A stretch of DNA of 64,000 bases from Camelus ferus. Lineage: Eukaryota. Both the position numbers and the translations under genes were made by a program. Numbering within the stretch: position 1 is the stretch's first letter; every line of letters begins with the position of its first letter. Below are positions 1 to 13,094 of this stretch, in pieces. Under the pieces are notes generated by a model that made no database searches, was not told the origin of the DNA, and saw only the letters and a list, made by a program, of their open reading frames with translations. Location of the stretch: contig NC_045697.1 of the NCBI RefSeq assembly GCF_009834535.1, positions 36,830,001 through 36,894,000 on the forward strand, in the 5' to 3' direction.

Positions 1-441
1 AAGGATGTGTGCTCAAGAAATGTAGGTTAAAGTCGAAGAACTGTCTGCAAAGAGTATTTAAAACCTGATCTTAGATGAAGGCATCCTAATGCCACGATAT
101 GGTCCAAGACAAAATGGGACCGACATGTGTGTCGCCAAAACCGACTAAAACAAAAGCCAGATTGATCCAGGCTGGCCCAGAACTAGTTTTTTGGAGGGTC
201 AATTTTTCCCCAGTGAGGGGCAAATGAGGATGGTGCATACCATAAACTTGAAGAATTTTCAGCACATAAAGTTCTTGAATTAAAGAACCCCCTCAAACAT
301 AGTGACAGCTGCTGTGCTGAAGTGCACTTTACCTGACAATCCTTGTCTAAATTCTTATGTCAAAGTGAGCAACACCAGATCGAAAGAACTATCAATTATT
401 TTTACTTTACACACATTTTCTTATTTTATTCCCAAAACAAT

Positions 442-785
442 TGAATGAGGTAGGAAAAATTATAAATCCTATTTTATAGACAAGCTAAAGCTTTAAAAGA
501 TCAAATAATTTGGGGGGAGGGTATAACTCAGTGGTAGAGCTTATGTTTATCCTGCACAACGTCCCAGGTTCAATCCCCAGTACCTCCATTATAAACAAAC
601 AAACAAACAAGCAAACAAGCAAATCTAATTACCTCTCCCCCTACACAAAATATATATATATATATGTATTATCATATTAAAAAAGAAAGATCAAGTAATT
701 TGCCCAAGTTTACTCAGTTAATAAGTAAGAAAACTGAACTTGAATCCAAAGCTCTGTGACCCCAATGCCCACATTTTAACCACAC
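442..785 (-). mobile_element. MIR SINE, split by a younger tRNA-SINE
   Basis: Reverse-complement MIR core (cctattttataga...taatttgcccaag...cttgaatccaaag) continues on both sides of the 512-685 insertion. Confidence 0.75.
512..685 (+). mobile_element. Camelid Vic-1-type tRNA-derived SINE
   Basis: ggggagggtataactcagtggtagagc (A box)...ggttcaatcccc (B box), ctaattacctc body, AT-rich tail; 16-bp TSD aaagatcaa[a/g]taattt at 496-511 and 686-701. Confidence 0.9.
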
Positions 786-827
786 AAGGTTTGCTATAAA
801 GAATTTTTAAAAATCTGTAGCTCTCTA

Positions 828-1857
828 AAACAAAACAACAACCTACAGAACGGGAGAAAATTTTTGCAAATGAAACCGACAAAGGCTTGATCTCCAGAAT
901 ATATAAGCAGCTCACACGACTCAATAAGAAAAAAATAAACAACCCAATCCGAAAATGGGCAGATGACCTAAAGAAGCAATTCTCCAAGGAAGACATACAA
1001 ATGATCAATAGGCACATGAAAAAATGCTCAGTATCACAAATTATCAGAGAAATGCGAATCAAAACTACGATGAGGTTTCACCTCACACCAGTGAGAATGG
1101 CCATCATTCAAAAGTCCACAAATGACAAATGCTGGAGAGGCTGTGGAGAAAAGGGAACCCTCCTACACTGCTGGTGGGAATGCAGTTTGGTGCAGCCACT
1201 GTGGAAAACAGTATGGAGATTCCTCAAAAGACTAGGAATAGACTTACCATATGGCCCAGGAATCCAGCTCCTGCGCATATATCCAGAAGGAACCCTACTT
1301 CAAAATGACACCTGCACCCCAATGTTCATAGCAGCACTATTTACAATAGCCAAGACATGGAAACAGCCTAAATGTCCATCAACAGATGACTAGGTAAAGA
1401 AGATGTGGTATATTTATGCAATGGAATACTATTCAGGCACAAAAACCGACAACATAATGCCATTTGCAGCAACATGAATGTTACTGGAGAATGTCATCCT
1501 AAGTAAGCCAGAAAGAGAAAGAAAAATACCATATGAGATCGCTTATATGCGGAATCTAAAAAAAAAAAAACATAAATACAAAACAGAAATAGACTCATAG
1601 ACATAGAATACAAACAGGTGGTTGCCAGGGGGTCTGGGGGTGGGAAGGGACTGGGATTTCAAAATGTAGAATAGATAAACAAGATTGTACTGTGTAGCAC
1701 AGGGAACTATATACAGGATCTTGTGGTGGCTCACAGCAAAAGAGAATGTGACAATGAATTTATGTATGTTCATGTATAACTGAAAAATCATGCTCTACGC
1801 TGGAATTTGACACAACATTGTAAAATGACTAAAACTCAATAGAAAAAATGTTTTAAA
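828..1857 (+). mobile_element. 5'-truncated young L1 (ORF2 C-terminus + 3'UTR)
   Basis: ORF 887-1393 is L1 ORF2 C-terminus ([42 protein letters not shown]) ending in a premature TAG; perfect 19-bp TSD aaaaatctgtagctctcta at 809-827 and 1858-1876. Confidence 0.97.
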
Positions 1858-2004
1858 AAAAATCTGTAGCTCTCTACAGAATTTAGTCTAAAGATTATTT
1901 CTGTCTGAATATACTGCATGGTATATATGATTTATTTTATTATTGGGAAAAATTAAATCAATATCAAAAAATGTTATCTATAGTATGCTAGCATGCATTA
2001 ATTT

Positions 2005-2200
2005 TTTAGGCACATTCTAAGCACTTTACACAACTAATTTAATCATCATAACAATCATGTAAAATCCTACTATTATCCCCATTTACAGTTGAGAAAACTG
2101 AAGTGCACAGAAGTTAAATAACATCAAAATCACATAGGAACAGGCAGAGCTAGGATTTGAACCCAGGTCTGTCTGAAGCTTGAGCCCATGCTCTTAAGAG
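2005..2200 (-). mobile_element. MIR SINE
   Basis: tattatccccatttacagttgagaaaactgaag...ggatttgaacccaggtctgtctga is the reverse-complement MIR core. Confidence 0.85.
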
Positions 2201-2387
2201 CTACCCTACAGCTAGTATTAAACAGCTATGCAAGCAAAGGTATGACCCACTGAGTGCGTGGTGAAAATATTTTCTCATCCCATCGTTAAATTAAGTGCTT
2301 TACAGGCAACAGGTTAATGGTTCACTAATATCCACCTATCTTTCCAAAACTTAGTATAGGTAGAAGGCCATGCACAAGATATTGTGT

Positions 2388-2620
2388 ATAAATTAGGAGT
2401 TTGGGATTAGCAGCTAAAAACTACTATATGTAAAATAGATAAACAACAAGGTCCTACTGTATAGCACAGGGAACTATATTTAACATCTTGTAATAACCTA
2501 TAATGGAAAAGAATCTATATATGCATAACTGAATCACTTTGCTGTACACCAGAAACTAAACATTGTAAGTCAACAATACCTCACTTAAATAAGTTAATTA
2601 ATTAATTAATTTAAAAAAAA
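2388..2620 (+). mobile_element. L1 3'UTR fragment (cetartiodactyl type)
   Basis: aaacaacaaggtcctactgtatagcacagggaactatat...actgaatcactttgctgtacaccagaaact, then A-rich tail. Confidence 0.9.
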
Positions 2621-3274
2621 GATAGTGGCGTGTGTGCTTTTCAATAGCTTATTTAGGTTGAAAGCATAAGCAATGTACTGTTAACGCTGTCTCCAAATCC
2701 TATTTCCTCCATACTGAATTTTCTTTCAAAAAACTCCATTTGTCTATCTGTTCCATTAAAAACAATTTTTTGGCCTTGCAATATTGGCATCACCAGGAAG
2801 ATACAAATTTAAAGAGACATGAGAGTAAGAGATCCCATGATCGTCTCATTGAAGAGAAAAAGCAAAGTTACACAGGACTAAGATGGTTGTCTCAGATAGT
2901 GAGTGATTCCCCTCCAGCCCTCAAGGGAAAGCATGATCACTGAGAAATAGGGCTCTATCCACTGAGGAAGTCCTCCTTCATTTGCCCTAAGTCTGTCAGA
3001 GGTCCAGGACGACTCTCAGTGGATCTCACTCTCCCTTCAATTTACCGGACTAAGGACCATCATGAAAACTCATTATTTACTCTCTAAATTTCTGCTATCT
3101 TGATGGTCCTATCATGTGGTGACAAACTGATTTAAACTGATCTCTGTGATGAAACATAAAATTATAAAACTATAATATTTCAAAGCTGGAAGGAAGTTTA
3201 AATTGTCATCTCAATACCACGTCGCTCATTCGAACACCAAAAAAACTGAAACTGACAAAGATACAGGGACACAC

Positions 3275-3570
3275 AGGCTCATATTCTGTTGGCAGGAACT
3301 TGAACTGTTGCACAATTTTGGAAATGAATCTGGCAGTATCTTTTAAAATTAAAAACATGCATTTTCTTTCAGCCAGCATTTTCAGTTCTGGAAATCTATC
3401 TGCTAAAGATAAACCTACCCAGTATATAAGGATATATGCGTAACATTCATACTATTGTGTATTAAGCATCAATGTCAAAAGAGTTAGATCTGCATCTGTT
3501 GATCTAAATAAATGTCTGCAGTGCATTTATTAGGTTAGAAAAACAAGATGGGGAAAAATAGACACAGTAT
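3275..3570 (+). mobile_element. Old L1 (L1ME-like) fragment
   Basis: Degenerate ORF2-end motifs: ttttggaaatgaatctggcagtatc...cagcattttcagttctggaaatctatc. Confidence 0.6.
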
Positions 3571-3674
3571 GAGGAGGGGGGAGAGCGAGATGGAGGGGAA
3601 AGATTGGGTAAAATGAAAATTTGAGGAAAATAGTATCATCTAAAGCCAAAATGTAGACTAGATAATAGAAAATA

Positions 3675-3810
3675 CCTCCTTGGTTTCCTCATGTGTAAAG
3701 AGATGCGATAATAGTACCTGTCTCAGAGGGTTACTGTAAGAATTGAATGAATTAATGTATTTAAAGGCTTAGGACAGAGCCTGGCACATACTAGTAGTAA
3801 GTGAGTGCTT
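3675..3810 (+). mobile_element. MIR SINE
   Basis: gtttcctcatgtgtaaa...ataatagtacct...gcctggcacata. Confidence 0.8.
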
Positions 3811-4939
3811 TTGTCACTTTGAATTCTATCTCTACTGTTATTACAAAGAGGCACATATTAAATGCTTATAAAGATATACATGATAGAAGATAATATGGAC
3901 ACATGAATCATTGGTTAGATGATAGGGTAGTCAGCCATCGTTTCTGGAAGTTTTTTTTAATGCTGCTTTTGCCATAACGTGTGTGGGGTGGGGAGAATAG
4001 GGAGACTGACTTCAAGTCTCCTTACTTGAAGGCAGAACTACATCTCCCCTGTTAAGACAAACAGGCATGTCTTCCTGTCCTGTACTTTATGACCGTTTCT
4101 ACTTATCAGCATCAAATAACTGCCTTACGTGTTATATTCCACAGTTCAATCCATTTCCTTTGACTATAGTGACCGTCTATTTAGAATTCAACGTGGAAAC
4201 ACTTTTTATGACAAAGGACTTTTGAAAACTCTTGTAAAAAGGCATAAAAGTTAAATCTCACTTATCTATACTTTTAATAAATAAATTTTATCGAAAGAAT
4301 TAACTTTCATGAAATCAGAACTGTGCTGGACAGCCAAGATAAAGAATAACCATCTGTCTGGGCAAACCCTCCTTGGAGCACACATCCTCTTGTCTCAGTG
4401 GAAGCACTCAGTTTTCCACTTTTCATAAATCTCAATATATTTGAGGACACCCTTCAACTTTATCTGTTTTAAATAGAGTGGCCACATTCTGCTGGATATC
4501 ACCCAGTCTCTCCAGAGACCAGCCAAGAACATAAAACTTGGAAAAGAGCCTGGCGGATGCCAAGTCCAGAGAAGGACCATTTCCTGAGGCTTGTGTGTCA
4601 TGTTCCTATTAACACAAATCACTGTCTCCATCTCAGTGGAGAGCCCAAACCCATCTGATCCTCTCTGAAGACTCCCCCAAGTCTGAAGAGCAGAAGGCAC
4701 TAAAGAGTTAAGAGTATTTCTTTGCTGGTGGAAGAGCTGGCTATAGGACCAGAAAGGTTAAATTATAAATCTTTGGCAACACAGTTTTCTCTACGTCATT
4801 GTCCTCTGGGACTAGATGAGAAACAGCTGGATGTGTGGATAGAAAAGCCACTGGAAAAACTCACGTTGGTTAACAGCGCTTTTCCCAAACCTTCACGTGG
4901 CCGATTCCTTGTCATTCTATTTGTAGCTCCATTGTCACC

Positions 4940-5188
4940 ACCTTGGGGTCTCTTTTCCTGACACTCAACCCCATACCTCCTCTTAAACATGTCACCCTCT
5001 TTCTTTAAGGCACTTATCACTACCAGGAATTATCTTATTTGTTTATCATCTCTCTTCCCACTACAATGTGGAGAGCAGAGGTCTGGTCTGGCTTTTCCCT
5101 GCAGTATCCCCAGTGCCTGAAACAGTGCCGGTGCATAGTAGGTACTCAACGTTTAAATATTTGTTAAATGAATTGAATGTGAATGAAT
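4940..5188 (+). mobile_element. L2 3' end
   Basis: gtatccccagtgcctgaaacagtgcc...tagtaggtactcaa...atatttgttaaatgaattgaatg. Confidence 0.8.
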
Positions 5189-5459
5189 CACCATCGTGCT
5201 TTTCTACTTCTGTATTCCTCCCAACTTTTCTCTAATGAGCATAGATTTCACTGATGATGATCATAGCAATGTTTATCCTTTTAAAAAAAAACATCAGCCT
5301 ACCTGAAATTCAAACGCCATTTTAAATACTTGGGAAAGCCAATGAGTGTAGGCTCCCACGGGTTCTGGAAGATGGGGGCTTTGTCTTCCTCATTTCTGCG
5401 TCCTCGGCATCCCAAGCAGAGCCCGGCCCAGGGCGGACACTCAGCGAACAGATGGCTCT

Positions 5460-5650
5460 ACACCGATCATGTGCCCGACGCTATGCTAACTGTTTTCCTA
5501 TTCAGGATCCATCCCACCAAAGCATCACGACAGTCCTATGAAGCCGGACTGCGATCCACATTTCACAGGCGGAGACAATGAGGCTCAGCCCCTTCAAGCT
5601 TAACAACTTGCTAGTCAGAGGCAGAGCTAGTGTCTGAGTCCAGATCCGTG
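5460..5650 (-). mobile_element. MIR SINE
   Basis: cacatttcacaggcggagacaatgaggctcag...ggcagagctag, degenerate reverse MIR. Confidence 0.6.
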
Positions 5651-6531
5651 TGGCACACAAGTCCCGTAACTGCGGTGCCCAATTTCCATAAGACCAAGCC
5701 ACTCAGCAAAAGTTATCTCTCTTTGGAGAAGAAGTATAATCAACGATGTTCTTCTCCTATAATCTACATGCTCTAATTTTAGCCCGCCTGCCATTATGTC
5801 CAGGACACAGGAAGGCACAGACCAGGTGTTTGATGAATACCTGTTGGTTGGTGGTTGTTTGGTTAGGAGGGAAGGCTTCTCTGAAGACCATCAAAGAGAG
5901 AAAGGCCAACACTCCTTCGCCTGATGAGGTGGACGACCCTGGCACTGTGGACTCAGAGAATCAGCTTCCTACCTCTGTGACAAATGCTCCCCACACCTTA
6001 GGATGCCTTTCCCTGACAAGTGGGCATCCTACCATACATCTAGACATGTCAGCATTTCTAACATTAGTACTCACTAAAAGAGATCCAGCCCCTGGATGGG
6101 TTGACACTGAGTATCTGGGGAGAGAATGGGAAGTGAAGCGACAGAGAAATACTGGCATCTGGGGTGAAAACTCCCTGTCTCTCATATCCGGTTCCAAAGA
6201 AGTACACTTTTAAGACCAGACTCCAAACGTCCCTGGCTGCGTTTGCTTGCATCCAAGATAGGATGGATGTGCGAGAAGAGAGGGACAGTTAAAAAACTTA
6301 TCTCTTTGATGCCTGTGAAAACTACAGGTTCACTTTCCTTGGAAAAGGTGTGTCATTTGAAGTGGTGTGGAAATTCATTATTCAACCACGTGTTTTCTTT
6401 GCAGGTCTGAGCTGAGAGTGTATCTGTTTTATTTAATTTCTGTAGAGCCAGCACTACCTCAGTGCCTGGGCCCACTGGAGCCGTGTGATCGTATTTGTTC
6501 ATTTATGCATTTGATACACATTCATTGACTG

Positions 6532-6878
6532 CAGATCAACAGTCCTCTCTTTGCAATTCCAAATTCCAAAAACACTCTGAAAACCAAAATATTTTCTATA
6601 AGGTGATAGCAAGTTCATTGTATGGAGACTTCTGATCGAAACAGACATAAGGCTATTTAAAGGCTTTTTTTCATGTCCCTTAATGCACGTATTCATTTGT
6701 TCTGCATGTCACACTACAGATATGCAAATGTGTCTGATGACAGGATACTGCCCCAGATTGAGGGGGCGGGTGTTACCTAATTTAGTGAGATGGACCCCAT
6801 GATCTTTCTAAAATGCGATAACTCCAAACTCCTGAAACACTTGGATCCCGCAGGTTTCAGATAAGGGGTTTGGGGTGT
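6532..6878 (+). mobile_element. MER46C-like TcMar-Tigger non-autonomous DNA transposon
   Basis: gcaattccaaattccaaaaacactctgaaaaccaaaa...ctgccccag...gaaacacttggatcccgcaggtttcagataaggg follows the recalled MER46C consensus end to end. Confidence 0.8.
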
Positions 6879-6879
6879 G

Positions 6880-7130
6880 CTTCTGCTTGGATGCGTATCA
6901 GGCATTGTTGCAGGGGCTGCAAATGCCATGGTAGGTAGAATAAAACCAAGGTTCTCACTCTTGTGGAGTTTGCTTTCCAGCTAGCCAGGCAATAACAAGG
7001 AAACAAATAAGGTCACTTCTGAGGGAGATAAGTTTTCTGAAGAAACTCTGTCGGAAGAATGGGATATAGATGTGATGGAGCATCAAGGAACTCCTCACTA
7101 AGGAGATGTAAATGAAGAGAGGGAAGCAGC
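6880..7130 (-). mobile_element. L2 fragment
   Basis: tcaggcattgttgcaggggctgcaaatgccatgg...ggaactcctcactaaggagatg. Confidence 0.55.
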
Positions 7131-7366
7131 CATGGGAGCTGATCATGTACCAGCATGGGTTCATTCTCAGCATAGGGACCAACAGGCCATGCCTCTTCCT
7201 ACCTCAGGACCTTTGCGTCTGCTCTCTCTTCCACCAGGAATAAGCGAGTCACTTAACTTTCTTGAAAAACTTTCGATTTTCTCCCCAGTGTTTTGCTCAG
7301 GATTGCACATATCTATAAAGTGGCAGGGCTGGGACGAGAATCAAGCCTTTATGATTGAAAGTCACA

Positions 7367-7509
7367 AGATCTTGTAGTAGCTCATGGTGAAAAAGAATAT
7401 GAAAATGAATATATGTATATTCATATATGACTGAAAAATTGTGCTGTACGCCAGAAATTGACACAACATTGTAAACTGACTGTAACTCAATAAAATTTAA
7501 AAAAAAAAG
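7367..7509 (+). mobile_element. Very short young L1 3' tail
   Basis: gactgaaaaattgtgctgtacgccagaaattgacacaacattgtaaactgac...aataaa + poly(A); TSD aagtcaca at 7359-7366 and 7510-7517. Confidence 0.9.
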
Positions 7510-7960
7510 AAGTCACATTTGCAGCCACCTCGAGAGAATGCAGAAGGGAAACACTCACCTTGAGAGGAGGTTTGGAGGACTAGGGGGAAATTCTGTATCA
7601 ACAATCAGGAACTACCACAATAGCTGATATCACAGTACAGAGATGGTAATCTCTTCTCCTGATAATGAAGACTCAGACCCCAGCAGCATCTCCCTGAGCT
7701 GGAATGTGGACCATCCCACAGAAAGTCTGGGCCTGGCTGGTGGGTCTGCTGAACTGCTACTTCCAAGTCCTTCTTTCCTTCCGTGTGGAGCTTGAGTCTC
7801 CATGGATAGTGGGCACCCCAGGAAACCCTCAGCATTGTTTCTGCAGTGACAGTGACGCCAATACAAAACACTCCTTCCTGGCAACTGGCACCCGACTCAC
7901 CCTAGACCAGGTCTCCCCAGCCAAATGGGTTGCTAGTGAGGGTCCAGTCTTAAATTCTTT

Positions 7961-8618
7961 GGAGACAGGAGGGAAGGGGGCAGGGCACAGCCACTCGTGG
8001 AATGACAGCAATTTAACACCAAAATGGTGGAAGATTCACCAAAATGGTGGAAGATTCGTCTCCTAGTTGGCCTTGAGGATTAAGAGGTTTAACTTCTAGT
8101 AGAGCTTGAGCTTCATTATATGCTCATTGTAGCAGCGTGATCAAATAACATGCCCGCAGGCACCATGACAGCCCCAAGGCTAACTGCAAAAGGCCAAAGA
8201 GTGGGCTGTGGCCCAATTCATGGGAATCCCAGCCCCTTCCCCAGGGCAGTTGCAATGGTCCCACTTGTAGGCATGTGAAGCTACTGAGCCCATAAAAACT
8301 GACAACACCACGCCTAGCAGCCTTTTTTTGCTCCCTCCTCTTTGGAGACGGCCCACACTCTGTCTATGGAGTGTGTACCTACTTTTACTTTAACCTGAGC
8401 ACCCAATTCCCACACTTCTTTCCTTGCCTTTCTGTTGCCTTACACTCTATGCAGTATGTATCTCTCTAAGTAAATCTACCTTTGCTCAACTGTGGCTTGC
8501 ACTTGAGTTCTTTCCTGCACAAAGCCAGGGACCCATACCTGGTGGGGCACATCCCAGGGGCTCAACCGAGACCTGGGACACGGCCCTCCTCACGCCCCAC
8601 ATCCGTTTTCCTGCATCA
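7961..8618 (+). mobile_element. MER41-like ERV1 solo LTR
   Basis: MER41-type blocks caccatgacag, cataaaaactgacaac, ctctgtctatggagt, gagttctttcctgcac...gaccc; ends ttttcctgcatCA; probable 4-bp TSD cttt/gttt. Confidence 0.75.
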
Positions 8619-11600
8619 GTTTTGTTGTTATTATTGCTGTTATTGCTGCTTTTCCCTTGGTCTTCTTGCTTCAGAGAAGTTAAAGACTGCTATAGGGGCA
8701 ATGTTTCCTCCTGGAACTAATGCGCCTTTGTTGTGGGCCAGCTCTGTGAGTGGAGGCCTGCCATGAGCTGGTGATAAAAATGGGCGAAGGCCAGGCGGGA
8801 TACAGAAGAGCATGACCAATCACCAAGGAGGGGTTTATGGGCTTGTACATTTTATTGTGCCATAACATCTCTCTTTTTAGCTTTAGATGTCAGCAGCTGG
8901 TGACAAGCTTAATGGCTGATGAGTCGAGGAGACAGCCACAGGTCCCACAGTGCAGCTCTCCCCCAAACCGGCATGGGTCACCCTTCCTTGGCTGGCTTCT
9001 CGAACCCAAGTGAACAAATCAGAAAACATCAGGTGAGCCTGGAGAATAACATCCAAGGGGAGCCATCAGGTTCCTCTCTCAGCTGAGTCAGGCTTTTTCT
9101 CCCCCATTTCAAAGAGCTATTGGTCTGACTAAGAGAAGAGAGGGTTTATAGAGTAATGGGAACTGTATGGAAGAATGGCAGAAACATTCACGTCTCCTCC
9201 TTTATCTTCTATCATTTTTGCATCAGCTTCTGCTAAGGTAGAAATTGTATTTCCAATTATTCCAGCACCTTCACTCTCTTTTATAAGACCTTTAAAAATT
9301 AACACACTCACTTGTGCACCTAGAAAGGACTTGTCAATGTCTCTTCTGTGCTTCTGTCCCCTCTTACCTGACGTGTTTAGTACTTGCACTCTGATGAGTT
9401 TAGAAATGTCTCAGCAGAGTAGTTACCGTTTGTAAAAGGACTCCACGGTTTACAAAACACTTTTCACACACATTGACTTCTGGAAGGCTCCGAAATGTAT
9501 GAATACCCTTGTAAACAGCCTTCCTTAGTTAGCAAAATCGTCACGGGGCCCTCCCTTCAAATGATTGCCTTTCCCACACTTTTTCTGTCTTTGTTGACTT
9601 AAATTCAAAGTCAAACTAGCAAATCTGTTTTGTCAGATGGGAAACTTGCTGCTAATCGTTCAGCGAGGCTCTGTGCACAGCTCATTGCGTGCACTGCCCA
9701 GATGACTTGCTGTCTTCCTGAGAAGTTAGCAGCACTGCTTTCATTTATTTATTTAATACTGCGGTGCCTTAAGCCAGTCTGCAGAAAATGTCCTTGAAAC
9801 ACTGGGACCTCAGGGCCAGGAGGGATTCCTAGACTAGCTCTAAATCAGCCCATTCCAGTTAAAGGGTCATTACATTTCATAGGTGCCTGCTGGCCCCTTA
9901 TTTTGGACTATCAAGCAGGGCTGGGAGTCCAGCCCTGCTGCTTCATTGTAGCGGGCGGCAGCTGCAAGGGAAATACGGTAACTCACCGGTCTACAACAGC
10001 ACTTCCGGGAAGAGCCCCTGGGATGCAGCCTTTGGGACAACTATTAGCAAGCATGTGGCAGCCTTGCCCTGCTGGGGCTGCTGGTGATTGAAATGTGTTC
10101 AAACTGTGGTCAGAGAAGAAACAGGGCGGGGGTGGGGGGATGAAAAGAGGAGAGAAAAGTCTTTAATCACCATGCTCACTCTTCTCTTGAATATCTCCCC
10201 GGACAGTTTGCCGAACACCAGCCTGTTACTCGAATGAGGGAAAATAACATTCTTTAGTTTCTGTTTCCAGTTTGCTTCATAAATTAACACTGTAAACTGG
10301 CTTTTCTCCTAATCTTATCCCCAGGCTCATCTCTCCTGCCAAATGATCCGGTCCATGAGAAAGATCTCTGACAAGCAGAGTGCTATATAAATGCAAACAC
10401 TTAGTATTTCATCCTCATCCCAATAAAGAAACTTTACAAGGATACTATAAAAGAAACATCCCCTTAGCTTTTGAAGCAAATGTACATTTTGTTGTTAATA
10501 AACAGACATTTCTTCTAGCCTGCCTACGTTGGACACAAGGACTAAGAATTCGTTATTTCCTAAGGAAAGCGTATATACCCAACCCTGCTTTTCTCTCAAG
10601 TAGCACTCATTTAAACGATGTACTTTATAATCGATCCCCAGGGACTTTAGAATTTTGTGTAATTTGTTCCTTTACTTTTTCATCATTGGACTATTTGTTC
10701 AGAATAAATTTTTTTGGTGTCAGTATTTCCAAAATATTTCAACACATTAACCATTCCTTACCAGGCTACTGTAGACATCCACACAATTAAGTTACTAAAG
10801 ATCTGAATTTCTGATTCCAGTTCCGTGTATCTGAATGGAAGCCCTCGTATACATGAAGCACCACTCGGCTTGTATCTGGCTGGTTCTAGACACAGGGGCA
10901 TAAGCCAATGCAAATGCTTCCTCAAAGGCACTTAGCAGAAAGGAAACAACGAAACAGATCTGCTTCCTGACTTTGTTCTTTGATGGATATTTTCCTACTC
11001 TTAAATATACTTTACCCCTGATAATTTAGAGATCTGCCGTTGGTGAGAGTATATCATGGATTAGAAGAGTCCTGACATTCCTTTTGTCAAGGTAACATCC
11101 CTGGCTTGATGAGATAGGAAGCAAGAGCATTTTTACGGGGCTTTTTGAAAAGTAACGGGAATGGAAAAAATTCCCTGGGGCCGCTTCCCTAACTGTTCCA
11201 TTTGTCCTGATAATGACTTTATCTCACCATGTTTTCCAAACCACCAGTCAAAGAACAAATTCCCTGAAAAGCAGAATGGAGCTGAATATCTGTGCCCAGA
11301 ACTGTCCTGGGAAAGGAAGGACCCAAAGTTGCTAAAACTCGGGCAAAAATTTAACAACAAAGTGATGGGCTGCAGAGTGCAAACTCGATTCCCTTGAACA
11401 GGAATCCGCATTTACATCTGCCCTTCCCCATTGTGACACATCTTCCCTGTGCACCTTGATGCCTGGTTGCATACACAGAAGATGCACAGACACAATAGAT
11501 GATTAAATGATACACTGAAGCCTCGGCAATATGACTTTTAAAGCTTTCAAACCAAATTAAATAATTTGCATTTGGGCACAGAGCCAAGAGGACTCTAAGC

Positions 11601-13094
11601 TGTCCTCCCAGGGAGTGAACCCTGCACTCCATCTTCACCCGGTACACTCTGCAGTCCTGCCAAATACATACGAACTCTTGCAAGAAAGAACTGTAAAGTG
11701 TGATTTGAGTCAACCGAGAGAGGAGGTCATATTAATTTTTAATTTCTACATATGCCTATGAAAAATGTATAAGTTGTTCCACAAACAGAAGTGCACTTCC
11801 TTGCTAGTAGTGCTCCAATCAGATCAAGCACAATGGCAATACATTTGGTCCAGAAAGTCTTTTCCTTCCTAGCTGCCCCAGCACACTTACAAAAACATTA
11901 TAACCAAATTATTTGAGAACTTCTCAAGCCACTCAGACAAAGCTGTCTCTTCCAAATGAGGGGTTATCCAAGGGGAGAGGGGCTCTTGCTCTGTTTCTGC
12001 TGACACGTCACTTTCTGCCTGGGTTTTATCTTTAGCTCCCTGGTAATCCAGACGGAGCAGGGAAACCTCAAACAATAGAGCCTCTTTTTTGCTTTCCACC
12101 CACTTTTTTTTTTTTTTCTGGTCAGCACAGACCAACCATCATTAAATGGGGTTTGGTGCAAAGTGGTGGCCTTGGATAAGCTAAAATGTTGGTGACACCA
12201 AAATAAAGATGTTCCACACTGCTGAAACCTCCGAGTCATGCAGAGAACTACTCAAATGGAATTTACTCAGCCTGACTTTAACTCTTGTCTGCCGGGCACA
12301 CACTCATCTAGAAGAATAGGCAGAAACCCCGGGTGGACAAAAGAGGGCAGTGTTCGCTGTCTTTCCTTCGGGCTCTTCGCTCTTTATCGACAAGCGACTG
12401 AGCCAAGAGAAAACTATGCCCAGCATTTCATAACACAGGAAGTGGGGAAGTAGATTAGATATTGGACTCTGCAGTCACCACAAAATCAGCAGTGCGCTTG
12501 GAAAAGGCACTTTTCTTCCCCTCTATGAAAGCTTAACCCATGAGGAGTTTTCTGGTTTTGTTTTTTATTTAGATGGACTAAGCTTCTCGTTGAAAATAAA
12601 GCAAGATGTAATCTTTTTCATACTCACGTCTGCTAAAGGCTCAGTGAGTTCAAACCCTTCCTCATGCAGACGAGGACCAGGCTGCACATTTATCACTCGC
12701 TTCTCTTTGTGCTCAGATTTTATTATCAGCATATGGGGAAAGGGAGTCAGATTTTCCCCTTGGAGGTACTTAGGGAATTTTCAGTCATTTCAGAATAAGA
12801 TCTATGCATGCCCTGTGCCTAAAGAAATGAGTTCCTAACAAGTGAATCCTGTCTCCTGCCCAGGGTGGCATCATATTGGGTTGGATGAGATTCACATGTT
12901 GGGGAAGGAGAGTTTCCACAGACATGTCATTTTACCCAATAAAGGATGATAATCTGAGCATTCAAAGGTGCACATTTCCCCAACATAGCTACCAATTTTT
13001 AACAATATATATATCTACTGTCTTCTCTTTTGATAGGGAAGTACTCTTTAATTCCAGATTAATTTCCTCCTTTCCACACATATCTTTGAGCTCC

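Noticed and set aside
100..170. CpG-retaining motif gtcgccaaaaccgac, possibly an ancient transposon end
   Set aside because: No partner end or TSD visible and I cannot assign a family without a search
512..585. tRNA genes at the tRNA-like heads (also 22042, 46330, 56168)
   Set aside because: Each continues into a shared SINE body and A-rich tail, some with clear TSDs; they are SINEs, not tRNAs
887..1393. 168-aa ORF with a Cys-rich motif as a host gene
   Set aside because: It is the L1 ORF2 C-terminus in a 5'-truncated copy with a premature stop; the antisense ORF 718-1062 is the usual L1 shadow frame
9129..9435. Overlapping sense and antisense 86-aa ORFs
   Set aside because: No recognisable domain or family; ORFs of this length are expected by chance
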